34,547 nucleotides of DNA from a virus (taxonomy: Duplodnaviria > Caudoviricetes). Below the pieces are notes generated by a model, which did no database searches, was not told the DNA's origin, and saw only the letters and a list, made by a program, of their open reading frames with translations. The DNA lies in IMG/VR virus record IMGVR_UViG_3300042866_001735, positions 1 to 34,547 of that record. One strand, 5' to 3'. Positions 19,317-29,175 of this stretch are shown piece after piece (positions within the stretch are counted from its first letter, which is position 1; each line of letters begins with the position of its first letter). The position numbers were made by a program, and so were the translations under genes.

Positions 19317-22300
19317 ATGGCTATTCAGAACATAAACGAGCTTTATGATAAGCTCTCTGCAAACGAAAATTTTTCAGAGTTTAACTTCGGATCCGCAGAT
19401 GATTTTAAACTTTACTTAGAAGAATTACCAGAACAGAAAAAAGAAAAGTTCTATAACGCTTGGTTGGAGGATGAAGATATATCCAAAGATCAGTTTGAAA
19501 ATCTAGTAAAAAAAAAAGAAACAGGCCGAACCGGTATTTTGAGTTCAGCCTTAGGATCTATAGATTTCGCTTCTCCATCCGTTTCTAAATCTGAGCCCCA
19601 AGCAATTGCTCCCGAAGTACAAGCTCCGGAGGCAACTGCTATAGAAGACGTAACTGCTCCACTTGAGCCATTAGGATACGGCAAGTCTTTTGGTGGTACG
19701 CCATCTGGACCCAAGCCAGGTCCTACTTTCAAATGGGAAAATTATCTTAGTGATTTTCAGAAAAAGTATCCCAATGAATTAAAACCTCAGGATTATGCTA
19801 CAGGAGCTTTTTACGATAAGATTTATAAAAAAGAAGGCGAAAGATTAAAAACAGAATTTAATATTCAGTCTGCTAAACAGTTAGAACAATTCTCAAAAGG
19901 CGAACCTATTACAGCACCTACATTTGTAGAAGACAAACTGAAGACAGGTATAGAAAAAGCAAGAGAAGAATCTCTAAGGATTGGGGCTCAGAAAGAAAGA
20001 GGTTTTTTTGAACCTAAAGAAAAAGAGAAAAAGGCTATTCCTACAAAATTAGATGTTGAAGAACAGCGTGTATTCACAGATAATCCAATAGTTCAATACA
20101 ATATAGATCCTGTAGCAATAGCAGAAGGAAGAGAATTTGTAGATAGAAGAAAAGCAAAGGCATTAGAAGATTACAATAAGGAAGTTGCCGAATTAAAAGC
20201 AGATAAAAAATCTATATATAGCCAAATACCATTTTATGATTTCCAGGATGAAAATGGAAATACTATGGCACTAGATGAAATATCAATTGGTTCTTCTTTG
20301 TTCAACAATAAACCTATAACTCTTTTTGTCAAAGAAGGAAAGATGGCAGCAAATGTTGGTGTGCCTGGTTTTAGGAATGGAAGATTAGATGAACAAAGCT
20401 TCAAAAATCATTTGTTATCATTAGGTTTTGGAGAAGAAACAGCAGAGCAAGAGATAAGCAGATTAAAACAAGTTTACATCGAGGATTTGGGTAAACAAAG
20501 AATGGATTATCTCAAAAATAGTTTTTATTCCATGTCTGGTGATAATCCTGAGATGGCTAATGCTCGTTATTTAGAATATTATAACAATAAAGCAATTGAT
20601 TTGTTATCTGATGATGAGAAAGAGGGATATAATTTATCAAAACATATTGATGCTCTTTACGATAAATTAGATAAAGAAAGCAAGGCTCCAGGTGCATTGG
20701 GTGCTAAAAACGATAAAATAGAATCTATCAAGAGAACTATAAACGTACTTCAGAATCAACTTAATCAAATCAGGGAGAACCCGAACAACTTATATGACTG
20801 GAGAACAGGGGAATTTGTAAATAAGTCAATAAAGAATGCTCCTAGGTTTGCACAGATTCAACAAGAAAACAAAGAATTTCAAATAAAATATGGCAAAGAG
20901 CCAAAGAATGTTCTTGTTGAAAAGAGGGATAAGTTAATCCAACAAAGAGAAGAGATACTCAATCTCATGAAACAAGACGGTCTAGAAATTCCTGAGAAAG
21001 GAACATTTGCTAGTGCTGTTAAAGCCATGCAGATAAGTGCTGCTCGCACTGCCGGTACAGGACAAATACGTTTGCCTGATGGAAGCTATACAAATGCTGC
21101 TAGATACGAGAAGAAAATGGATGAGTATAACAAACAGTTATTTAATGTCGAAAGAGAATTGTACGGCATTAATAGGGCTGTTATGTTAAATGAAGATGTG
21201 GCGTTAAGAAACAAAGTTGAAACAGGTATAGTAGAATCTGGTGTAAAGTTTTTTGCTGAAGCTGGTAAGAGTATTGGTCGCACCATTACTCCGGGTTCTG
21301 TGAGTGAAGATGCCAAATCAGATTGGGAAATTAGAAATTCTCTTTTTCCAACTCTAGAAAAATCAGGTTTTATTATTGAACCAAAATTAAAATCTGCTGC
21401 TAGAAAAGATGTTTCTGAAATGATTAGCGATAGCGCAGGAACTCTTCTTGAAGCCATGGTTGGAATCGCTGCTGGTAATGCTCTATTACCTGCCGTTAAA
21501 ACTATGAAATGGGCAAACAAATTCAAAGATATATTAAGTAAAAAATACGGTAAGATAGGCGAAAGTCTTTTTGATAGTACTGCTGATATGATTAGAAGCG
21601 GTGTTATTTTCGAAACAGCAGGTCAAGGTTTTGCTACAGGTGTTGGTGAACAAGCTGGTCAGGTGGCATTTGATGCTTTGGATTTAGATAAGTTTTTTGG
21701 AAATAAAGGTAGATTCTTAGAATACTTTGCTCGTGTTCTTACCGGTGGTGGCGCAGAAACTGTGCAGGAATACGCTGGTCAATATTTACAAACACTTGCG
21801 GATCAAGGTATAGATATTGAGAAGAATTTCAAAACTGCTTTTGGTCGGGACTCAGAAAGTGCACTTGATCAGTTCTTACAAATAGCAATTACAAGTGCTT
21901 TGTTCTCTGGTGCTAGTAATGCTAAAATATTACTTGCTACTAGAACAAGATTAAATGATGTATTAACAAAACCGGGTGTTGCCTCACAATACGGTGTGAT
22001 ATTAGACGAAGATACTAGAAAAGAAGTAGAAGAAGTATTGAATGTAGTTGATGATAAGTTGAACGATAAATCAACTGTGCAAACCACCGAGAAGAAAACT
22101 AAAGAGATAAGTGAGGATTATATTCCAGAACCAGTTTCTACAGCTACCGTTGAACCTGCTGCGGAAATGGAAGCTCCTGAAGGAGTTACACCTGCTGCTG
22201 CCGAGGTTATTCCTGGCGAAGAGGGTGTTGGTCCTATAGAGGCTACGCCCGAAGCAGTTGGGCCTCAGACAGAAGCTGACATAGAGGCTAAAAAAGCTGA

Positions 22301-25300
22301 TATAGAACAGAGAAGACAAAAAGAATTAGAAGACACTGGAGTCGCAGATATTGATAAAGAAACTATAGAAGAAAAAACACTTCGTGAAATTACTGCTCTT
22401 TTTGAAAAATATAAAGATTCAAAAGATTCAGGAATAGAGTTTTATGTTGCAGAACAAAAAAGAACAGGAGCACTTGATGACAGAGCATATGCGACATTAG
22501 CCAATAAATATTTTGAAGAGCTTTCAGATGATGTAAGAAATTATTTAGAATTTAAAGCACCAGCAATTGATTTTGAAACACCAGAAGGTTATAGTCCTTA
22601 TTATAAAGGCTTTGGTTATAATCGAGACGAAGCTACTGGACATACTCCACAGGTTCATGGCGGCCACATAAGTTTGCTTAAAGAAAACATTTCTCAAGAC
22701 AATCTTGAAAAAGCAAATAAGCAAGATTTAGCAGAAGATATAAATGCTAAATATGATGCAGAATTAACTGCTTTGGAACAAAAACCTACCGAAGCAGTTG
22801 GGCCTCAGCCAAAAACAAATTTACAAGAAATAAGCACAGAAGTTGCACAAGGGGGTGTAACTGATGTATCTTTGCAAAAGATAGAAGATTATGGAAAAGA
22901 AATTGAATCGGGAAATGTTGACTTTGAACGATTTTCACCGGCAGAGCAACGAGGCCTCATTGAAGGAGGTCCAATCCATGTTGAAGCAACCATTATCACT
23001 GGAAAAAGTGATAGAGGAACAGACACTCAGGACGAAAGCAATGACAGGCAAGAGGAGATTGTAGAAGAATACGCCAAGAAAAAGGGTATTTGGACTGAAA
23101 ATGCTCACGCCAAATTAAATCAGCAGCACGGAAAACCTATTAATAGTGGCCAAGAATCTATAGTTTGGTTAGATAGAAAACGTGGTGTTGTAATCAAATC
23201 TTCTAACACTAGAAATTACACTACTTTAAGAGAAGCACTCGATAGCATTACATTAAGCAATGCTTATTTTCCAGCAGCAAAAATAACTGTTATTGGTTTT
23301 GGTACTGATGCAGAAGGCAATTTTGAAATTATTACTGAGCAACCCTATATTCAGGGCACAGAAGCTACAGAACAGGAAATAAAAGATTATTTCAACAATT
23401 TAGGTTTTACAGAAAACGAAAGATTATATGTTGGTAAAGATGCCTTTGGTAATGAAGAAGTTATTTTCAAAGATGCTGCACCTAAAAACGTAATCAAAAC
23501 TCCCGAAGGGAATATTATCCCCATCGATCTAATTGCCAAAATTAACAAGCCGGAGCTTAATGCAAATGGTACACGTATTGTGCCATCTACTGTTGCAGAA
23601 GAAGTAGCTCCTGCAGAAGTTACTCCTACGGAAGTTACTCCTACAGAGGCTGCTCCAGAAGCAGTTGGGCCTCAGGCACAAACCACTGCTGAAATATCTA
23701 AACCGAAAACATTTAAAGAATTTGAACAAAAAGCAAATTCAATTGCTCAAGAAAAAGAAAATATTGACTTTACAAAAGATAGTGTTGTTAAAGATGGTAA
23801 TCAAAATCCAATAGTAGTTTATAATAATACAAACGAAACAGAAACTCGTTTCGGTGAAGAAAAACCAACAGGATTATTTTTTACTACTAACCCTCAAACA
23901 TTTTCTGAATATGGTAAAAACAAATATGCAGCAGTATTAAACATCAAAAATCCTTATTATGCTTCGCAGCCTGAGGTAAGAAGAGAAGTTGACATAAAAA
24001 AATTAAAAGAAGCCGGATATGATGGAATTATAACTCATCCTAAATATAAGTATGATAGATATGTTCCTGTTAGTGAGGATGTAGAGGGAGCTCAAAAAGA
24101 ATATATTGAAAATCAAAGAAAGTACGATAATGTAAAAGGTAAAGACAACAGAAACGAACTAAATATGTCTGAGGCATATGAAGTTGTTGCTTTTTATCCA
24201 GAGCAAATAAAAGTTGTAGAATCAGCAGAAAATAAATCTCTTTCAGAAACTGCACCCGAAGCAACTACACCTCCCACAGAAACTACTCCTACTGAAGGTA
24301 CAGCCGAAGGTTATGGGTCTCAGAACACAATCGTAACAAAAGAAGATTATGACCAGGCAATAAAGAATCTTCGTAATCCTAATATACCATCCGGATTTGA
24401 TTTCTCTAAATTAGGAGATTTGATAAAAGCCGGTATGTATCACATAGAAGCTGGATCTCGTTCTTTTGCGAACTTCAGCAAAAAGATGATCGAGCAGTTT
24501 GGTCAAGCTGTTAAAAAATACTTACCTGTTGTTTTCAGAAGAAGTAATACTCAGTTACAGCAACAAGCTGCTGCCCCTGGTCGCACCAAAGCTCCTAAAA
24601 AAGCTCCTCGTCCTACTTTTGACGAAGTAAGAAAGAACATAAGAAAAGATCGTGATGATTTTGTAAAAGCAAATAAAACACAGAGTCCTAGTATTATTGG
24701 TCAATATTTGCTATCAAAAGGATATACATTAGGGCAGATAAAAACACATCTTCCTGAATATAATTCTTACTGGCAGAAAAAGGCTCGTGAACTTTTCATG
24801 GACTATGTAAAGGTACACCAAAATAAAATTGAACAGCGTAGAAAAGAAATTGCTGATTTCATGGATAAAAATCCTACGTTGGAATATGAAGACATCTACG
24901 AACAGTTAAAAGATAAATACAGCGATTTCGAATTGTTCAAAGCGTTTTATGAAGACGGAGCAAGCCCTAGTTTATTGGATGAAACGTTTGGTACAGAATA
25001 TAGACAAACCATTCAGAATTTAATTGACTCCAAAGGTTACAACCCTGATTTTCTCCGGGACATGGATGAAGATATTCGTACTCGCAAAGTAGAAAAGAAT
25101 TTGGGTGAGGCTAAATCTATATATGCAGATTTGCAAGACTTTGCCTCAGCAGAAGAATTGTTAGACGCAGCAGCAGAAGTATTAGGTATTTCTGGTGTTG
25201 AAGAGGCAATGAAAACCGCAACTGATAAAGTAAGAGCGGAGAACAAAAAGAAAGCTGATATATTAAAAGCGTATGGCAAAGCAATGAAGGGAGGTTTCAA

Positions 25301-28300
25301 ATCTGAAGATTCCGAACTCATTAAAAATATATCCGATATACTTTCTTTCTCCGGTAGAATGCTGAGAATGGGTCGTGGTCTATTCATGACAGAAAAAGGT
25401 TTGGCTGATTTGATTATCAGGAACTTGAGTAATATCACCTACAAAAAAGATAGCAACTTCGCAAAAACCAAAAAAGCATTTAGAGTTCCTGAAAAGACAC
25501 AGCAGAAAATTAGAGAGCTAGTTAAAAAGTATTTTGAAACAAAAGCAAAATTAGATGAAGCGATAGCACAGGTTGAAGATGGAGCAAATGCCTTTACAGA
25601 TGAAGCGTTTGATGAATTTAACAAAGCTAGAGCAGAACATCAAAAAGCGTCTACCGAATTAAAAGGATTGGTGAACAGATTATATGGAAGTAGAGCACCT
25701 CTGATTTCTCGGTGGTTTACATCTATGACATCCATGGCACTTCTTTCTTTCAGAACCATTTTTGTGGGTTTGATTGGTAATATGGAAATGATGTTGGCAT
25801 CTATGCCAAGAAAAACATGGGTTGGAAAGTTATTAGGTTGGACACGAATTTTAGCTAATTTTATAGTTGGACTTCCGATTTTAGCAAAAAAAGGAACACC
25901 TTTGGCATATGAAGCCACCAAAAGAGGAACAGGGGTTGGTATTGACCCTTCTATATATCGTAAACTTGCTTTCCAACAAGGAATACAACAAATTAAAGAT
26001 ATACTTCGTAAGGGATTAACAGAACAAACTTCTTCAGAAAGAGACTTTCTCCAGGGTTATGCAGAAATAGATGGTGTAAAAGATTTTCAGTTAGGATTCA
26101 AAATGATCTCTAAGATGATTAAGAATATTGCTGGAAAAGAGAAAATGACCGATGAAGAATTTGGTGCTGCGTTTGATAAAATGCTTATTGCTCTTGAGGA
26201 AAAAGACGCAAGCGGAAATCCAAAATTAGCCGGAATGCATAGCAAAGGTTATTACGCTGCTGCTGCTTTGCTTAGAGGATTTTTTGGTTCAATACCCACT
26301 ATTACAGGAAGAGCGATTGCGCTATCGGGCGATAGGGTGTTTTATCAATATGGCTATTATGAATTTTTGGCTGCATATGCTAATTCGAAAGGAATAACGG
26401 ATCCTGCCGAAGTAAAGAGATTTATTGCACTTAACAGTGTGGGAGACTCTGAAGCAGCAAGGGCAGCAGAAAGAGCAGCTAATAAGAGAATCTTTGCACA
26501 GAATAATGCGATAGTTAGATTCTTCGGATCGACAAAGGCGAAGTTGGATCAACTAGAACAGAATATTTATGGTGCGAAAATTAAAAAGAAAGTACAAGGT
26601 AAAGGAATTCAAGCTGCTGTAACAGGACTTGGGGCATATCCTATAGTCGCAGCTAAAATTGCATTGAATGCTTTTTCTCCTTTTGTAACTATTCCTTCTA
26701 ACGTTGTATCAAAATATCTTAGAATTGGTGTGCCTGTTTTCCCATTAGTAATGGCGGTTCGGACTCAGATGCAATTGAACAGCAGAATGAATGAGTATCA
26801 GAAAAATTATAGTCTGAAGGACAATGCTGAAATGAGTGAGACCACAAAGAAAAAGATGGAAGCGGATCGAGTTGCATTATTTGAACAACAAAGACTAGCT
26901 GCTCAGTATTGGACAGAATTTTTTCAAGGTGCACAATTAGCTGGTCTTAGTTATCTTTTGGTATCGACTGGTTCGGTAGGTGCTCCATATGGTGATGATG
27001 ATGAATCCAAAAAGAGAGCAAGAGCTGCTGGTATAGCACAGCAAGATGCAGGAAAATTAAACTTGTCTCATCTTTTTGATGTAGTAACTGGAAAAGAGAC
27101 AAGAGGAAGAGTTGCTAAAAAAGGAGATATAACCATTGATTATCGAAACTTAGGTATGGCAGGATTTTCTATAAGCACCTGGGCATCTGCTGGCGCATAT
27201 CTCAAAACGGAGCAACTAAAAAATAAAAAATTAATGGGTGCTGACGAAGATGTTATAGGTATGGTAAATGCCCATCTTATTACAGAGAGTTTAAAAAATG
27301 GTGTAACCCAATTAGGTTTTATTCAGAATATTTCTAATTTTATTAGCGGAATAAAATCAGAGAAAGGCACAGAAGCTCTCACTAGTAGTTTGTTAACAAC
27401 CGTTTTAACTGTTCCGACTTTAAGCTATGGCGTATTTAGTCCTTTCGAAAGAATAGAAGGTATAGGCTCAGATCCTCTTCGTGGTTATCATCCAGATTTG
27501 GAAAGTAGTGATGTGTTTATGGGTGAAGTGGGTGCAAGGGTATGGACCAAATTAACAGCTCGCTCTCCTTTGTTTGGATTTGGTTTGAGAAAAGAAGACG
27601 GTACTTTTGCTGCTCCTTTGAAAACCCTGGGCTTTACTCCTTCGCAATTTTATCGCCCTCAGATTGGGCCTCATGGTGAAAGATTGTATAAGAAGTCAAC
27701 ATTCTGGGATACTCGTAGCGGAAGTACGGTAGATAAATTCTTAGCTTTTGCTCAAGCATCTCTTGATCCACTTAATATGAGTGATTACGAAGGTTTTGTT
27801 TCTCAGGTTAAACCATTTGATATGAAAAAAGAATATAAAAAAGGTGATTTCATAGAATGGAATAATAATATATGGGTTGTTTTAAAAGATAAAATCAAAG
27901 GCAAAAGCCCCAAAGATGCAAAAATTAGGGTAGCCGGAGAGACATCGTTAGATGAAGATTATTTTTTAGTTGACGAAAAAACTAAGTTTTTTGATGCTAA
28001 TCAGTGGAGGAGAGACAAAGAAGGTACAAGAAAAACTCAGCTATTGTTTGACTTTGTTAACGAGTATGAGAAAGCTACCGGAGACAGAAAAGAATATGGT
28101 TTGTTTAGCAAATTGTACACCGATCCAGTTAAATTCAAAGATGAAGATGGTGAATTCGCTGTATACATACCCATGGAAGAGCAAAGAAAATTGAGCATTC
28201 TGCGTGGCGAAGCTATGGCAAGGAGTTGGGACTCAGACGAAGTACAAAATCGTCTTGACATCATTCAAAAAACTGCGGAAGACGAGAACATTTCCGATGC

Positions 28301-28580
28301 CGATTGGAAAAATTCAACAAAAGAATTGTTCTTGGATTACATGAAAGGTGCTATGGATGAAAATCAAAACCGCAGTGGTGGATTAATCGATAGAGTAAAT
28401 GAGGCAATAAAAGGAGTAGAAGAAAGCCCTGAATACGCTGCCATCGTTAGAGACGGTATAGTCAGGAGTGTTAAAGAAGGTTTGTTAACCGAAGCGGAGT
28501 TTGATCGCTTGGCTAAGCATACCGTAGCAGGTAATTTTATTGCGAGCATGGACAAAAGCAAGTTGAAATTTAGAAAATAA
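19317..28580 (+). CDS. Giant virion-associated polyvalent protein (kinase-like and ADP-ribosyltransferase-like modules)
   Basis: 3087 aa. Kinase-PolyVal-like segment at ~22920-23545 (SGQESIVW, VVIK, IITEQPYIQG, FKDAAPKNV, IPID). ART-PolyVal-like segment at ~23778-24215 (PIVVYNNT, GLFFT, LNIKNP, GYDGII, EVVAFYPEQIK). Hydrophobic G/A-rich helices elsewhere. Confidence 0.8.
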   Translation: MAIQNINELYDKLSANENFSEFNFGSADDFKLYLEELPEQKKEKFYNAWLEDEDISKDQFENLVKKKETGRTGILSSALGSIDFASPSVSKSEPQAIAPEVQAPEATAIEDVTAPLEPLGYGKSFGGTPSGPKPGPTFKWENYLSDFQKKYPNELKPQDYATGAFYDKIYKKEGERLKTEFNIQSAKQLEQFSKGEPITAPTFVEDKLKTGIEKAREESLRIGAQKERGFFEPKEKEKKAIPTKLDVEEQRVFTDNPIVQYNIDPVAIAEGREFVDRRKAKALEDYNKEVAELKADKKSIYSQIPFYDFQDENGNTMALDEISIGSSLFNNKPITLFVKEGKMAANVGVPGFRNGRLDEQSFKNHLLSLGFGEETAEQEISRLKQVYIEDLGKQRMDYLKNSFYSMSGDNPEMANARYLEYYNNKAIDLLSDDEKEGYNLSKHIDALYDKLDKESKAPGALGAKNDKIESIKRTINVLQNQLNQIRENPNNLYDWRTGEFVNKSIKNAPRFAQIQQENKEFQIKYGKEPKNVLVEKRDKLIQQREEILNLMKQDGLEIPEKGTFASAVKAMQISAARTAGTGQIRLPDGSYTNAARYEKKMDEYNKQLFNVERELYGINRAVMLNEDVALRNKVETGIVESGVKFFAEAGKSIGRTITPGSVSEDAKSDWEIRNSLFPTLEKSGFIIEPKLKSAARKDVSEMISDSAGTLLEAMVGIAAGNALLPAVKTMKWANKFKDILSKKYGKIGESLFDSTADMIRSGVIFETAGQGFATGVGEQAGQVAFDALDLDKFFGNKGRFLEYFARVLTGGGAETVQEYAGQYLQTLADQGIDIEKNFKTAFGRDSESALDQFLQIAITSALFSGASNAKILLATRTRLNDVLTKPGVASQYGVILDEDTRKEVEEVLNVVDDKLNDKSTVQTTEKKTKEISEDYIPEPVSTATVEPAAEMEAPEGVTPAAAEVIPGEEGVGPIEATPEAVGPQTEADIEAKKADIEQRRQKELEDTGVADIDKETIEEKTLREITALFEKYKDSKDSGIEFYVAEQKRTGALDDRAYATLANKYFEELSDDVRNYLEFKAPAIDFETPEGYSPYYKGFGYNRDEATGHTPQVHGGHISLLKENISQDNLEKANKQDLAEDINAKYDAELTALEQKPTEAVGPQPKTNLQEISTEVAQGGVTDVSLQKIEDYGKEIESGNVDFERFSPAEQRGLIEGGPIHVEATIITGKSDRGTDTQDESNDRQEEIVEEYAKKKGIWTENAHAKLNQQHGKPINSGQESIVWLDRKRGVVIKSSNTRNYTTLREALDSITLSNAYFPAAKITVIGFGTDAEGNFEIITEQPYIQGTEATEQEIKDYFNNLGFTENERLYVGKDAFGNEEVIFKDAAPKNVIKTPEGNIIPIDLIAKINKPELNANGTRIVPSTVAEEVAPAEVTPTEVTPTEAAPEAVGPQAQTTAEISKPKTFKEFEQKANSIAQEKENIDFTKDSVVKDGNQNPIVVYNNTNETETRFGEEKPTGLFFTTNPQTFSEYGKNKYAAVLNIKNPYYASQPEVRREVDIKKLKEAGYDGIITHPKYKYDRYVPVSEDVEGAQKEYIENQRKYDNVKGKDNRNELNMSEAYEVVAFYPEQIKVVESAENKSLSETAPEATTPPTETTPTEGTAEGYGSQNTIVTKEDYDQAIKNLRNPNIPSGFDFSKLGDLIKAGMYHIEAGSRSFANFSKKMIEQFGQAVKKYLPVVFRRSNTQLQQQAAAPGRTKAPKKAPRPTFDEVRKNIRKDRDDFVKANKTQSPSIIGQYLLSKGYTLGQIKTHLPEYNSYWQKKARELFMDYVKVHQNKIEQRRKEIADFMDKNPTLEYEDIYEQLKDKYSDFELFKAFYEDGASPSLLDETFGTEYRQTIQNLIDSKGYNPDFLRDMDEDIRTRKVEKNLGEAKSIYADLQDFASAEELLDAAAEVLGISGVEEAMKTATDKVRAENKKKADILKAYGKAMKGGFKSEDSELIKNISDILSFSGRMLRMGRGLFMTEKGLADLIIRNLSNITYKKDSNFAKTKKAFRVPEKTQQKIRELVKKYFETKAKLDEAIAQVEDGANAFTDEAFDEFNKARAEHQKASTELKGLVNRLYGSRAPLISRWFTSMTSMALLSFRTIFVGLIGNMEMMLASMPRKTWVGKLLGWTRILANFIVGLPILAKKGTPLAYEATKRGTGVGIDPSIYRKLAFQQGIQQIKDILRKGLTEQTSSERDFLQGYAEIDGVKDFQLGFKMISKMIKNIAGKEKMTDEEFGAAFDKMLIALEEKDASGNPKLAGMHSKGYYAAAALLRGFFGSIPTITGRAIALSGDRVFYQYGYYEFLAAYANSKGITDPAEVKRFIALNSVGDSEAARAAERAANKRIFAQNNAIVRFFGSTKAKLDQLEQNIYGAKIKKKVQGKGIQAAVTGLGAYPIVAAKIALNAFSPFVTIPSNVVSKYLRIGVPVFPLVMAVRTQMQLNSRMNEYQKNYSLKDNAEMSETTKKKMEADRVALFEQQRLAAQYWTEFFQGAQLAGLSYLLVSTGSVGAPYGDDDESKKRARAAGIAQQDAGKLNLSHLFDVVTGKETRGRVAKKGDITIDYRNLGMAGFSISTWASAGAYLKTEQLKNKKLMGADEDVIGMVNAHLITESLKNGVTQLGFIQNISNFISGIKSEKGTEALTSSLLTTVLTVPTLSYGVFSPFERIEGIGSDPLRGYHPDLESSDVFMGEVGARVWTKLTARSPLFGFGLRKEDGTFAAPLKTLGFTPSQFYRPQIGPHGERLYKKSTFWDTRSGSTVDKFLAFAQASLDPLNMSDYEGFVSQVKPFDMKKEYKKGDFIEWNNNIWVVLKDKIKGKSPKDAKIRVAGETSLDEDYFLVDEKTKFFDANQWRRDKEGTRKTQLLFDFVNEYEKATGDRKEYGLFSKLYTDPVKFKDEDGEFAVYIPMEEQRKLSILRGEAMARSWDSDEVQNRLDIIQKTAEDENISDADWKNSTKELFLDYMKGAMDENQNRSGGLIDRVNEAIKGVEESPEYAAIVRDGIVRSVKEGLLTEAEFDRLAKHTVAGNFIASMDKSKLKFRK
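22249..23675 (+). repeat. Three in-frame direct repeats GAAGCAGTTGGGCCTCAG (EAVGPQ)
   Basis: Copies at 22249-22268 and 22789-22808 (20 bp identical, including the leading CC) and 23658-23675 (18 bp). Confidence 0.95.
23601..23660 (+). repeat. Degenerate 15-bp tandem repeat (EVAPA EVTPT EVTPT EAAPE linker)
   Basis: gaagtagctcctgca gaagttactcctacg gaagttactcctaca gaggctgctccagaa. Confidence 0.85.
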
Positions 28581-28596
28581 TTCGTAACTTTGAGAT

Positions 28597-29175
28597 ATGG
28601 CACTGGATATTAAAATAAGTATTATTAACAATAAGAATGAGATTATTGTTGTAGATAGTACAGGAGATTATAATGCAATCACGAATCCTACAGGTTGGGG
28701 TGCTCCTAACGCTAATAGGAATAATGTTGATGTTACAACTGCACGACTGACAGTTACCAATCCTAGCGGAACTATTTTTACGGATAATCTTCCTCCTAAT
28801 AGTTTGTACAATACTACTTTTTGGACTGGTACTTCCAGGGCTTATGAAATCACAGCAGATGTTACAAATATTTTTACAACTAATCCAGTAGCATTTGACG
28901 GAGTGTGGAAATTCGTAACTCAATTTACAGTGCTTGGGTCTCCGATTACAGTAACCAAATATGCCCTCCGTGTCAATACTCTCAGTTGTCTTATTGGTCA
29001 ACTTGCTTTAGGAGACTTGGATACAAATAGTTTCGAAGAAATTAAGATTATGTATGACAAGATGCTTCAGGCTTTTGAATGTGGTGAGTATGTTTTAGCT
29101 CAGGACCTTTACAACGATATAAACGATATACTCAACGATTGCGATGCTACTATCTTTAGAAACTGCGGTTGCTAA
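28597..29175 (+). CDS. Virion structural protein (tail hub-like)
   Basis: 192 aa. DSTGDYNAITNPTGWGAPN, FDGVW and a C-terminal CGC resemble crAss-like tail-associated proteins. Promoter box at 28585-28592. Confidence 0.55.
   Translation: MALDIKISIINNKNEIIVVDSTGDYNAITNPTGWGAPNANRNNVDVTTARLTVTNPSGTIFTDNLPPNSLYNTTFWTGTSRAYEITADVTNIFTTNPVAFDGVWKFVTQFTVLGSPITVTKYALRVNTLSCLIGQLALGDLDTNSFEEIKIMYDKMLQAFECGEYVLAQDLYNDINDILNDCDATIFRNCGC

Noticed and set aside
22249-23675. CRISPR array
   Set aside because: Only three 18-20-bp repeats separated by 0.5-0.9 kb of in-frame coding sequence, and no cas genes.
25059-25073. DMDED as an RNA polymerase DxDxD catalytic loop
   Set aside because: It sits in a charged helical context without the preceding NA/GS-DFD signature or a beta-barrel pattern.
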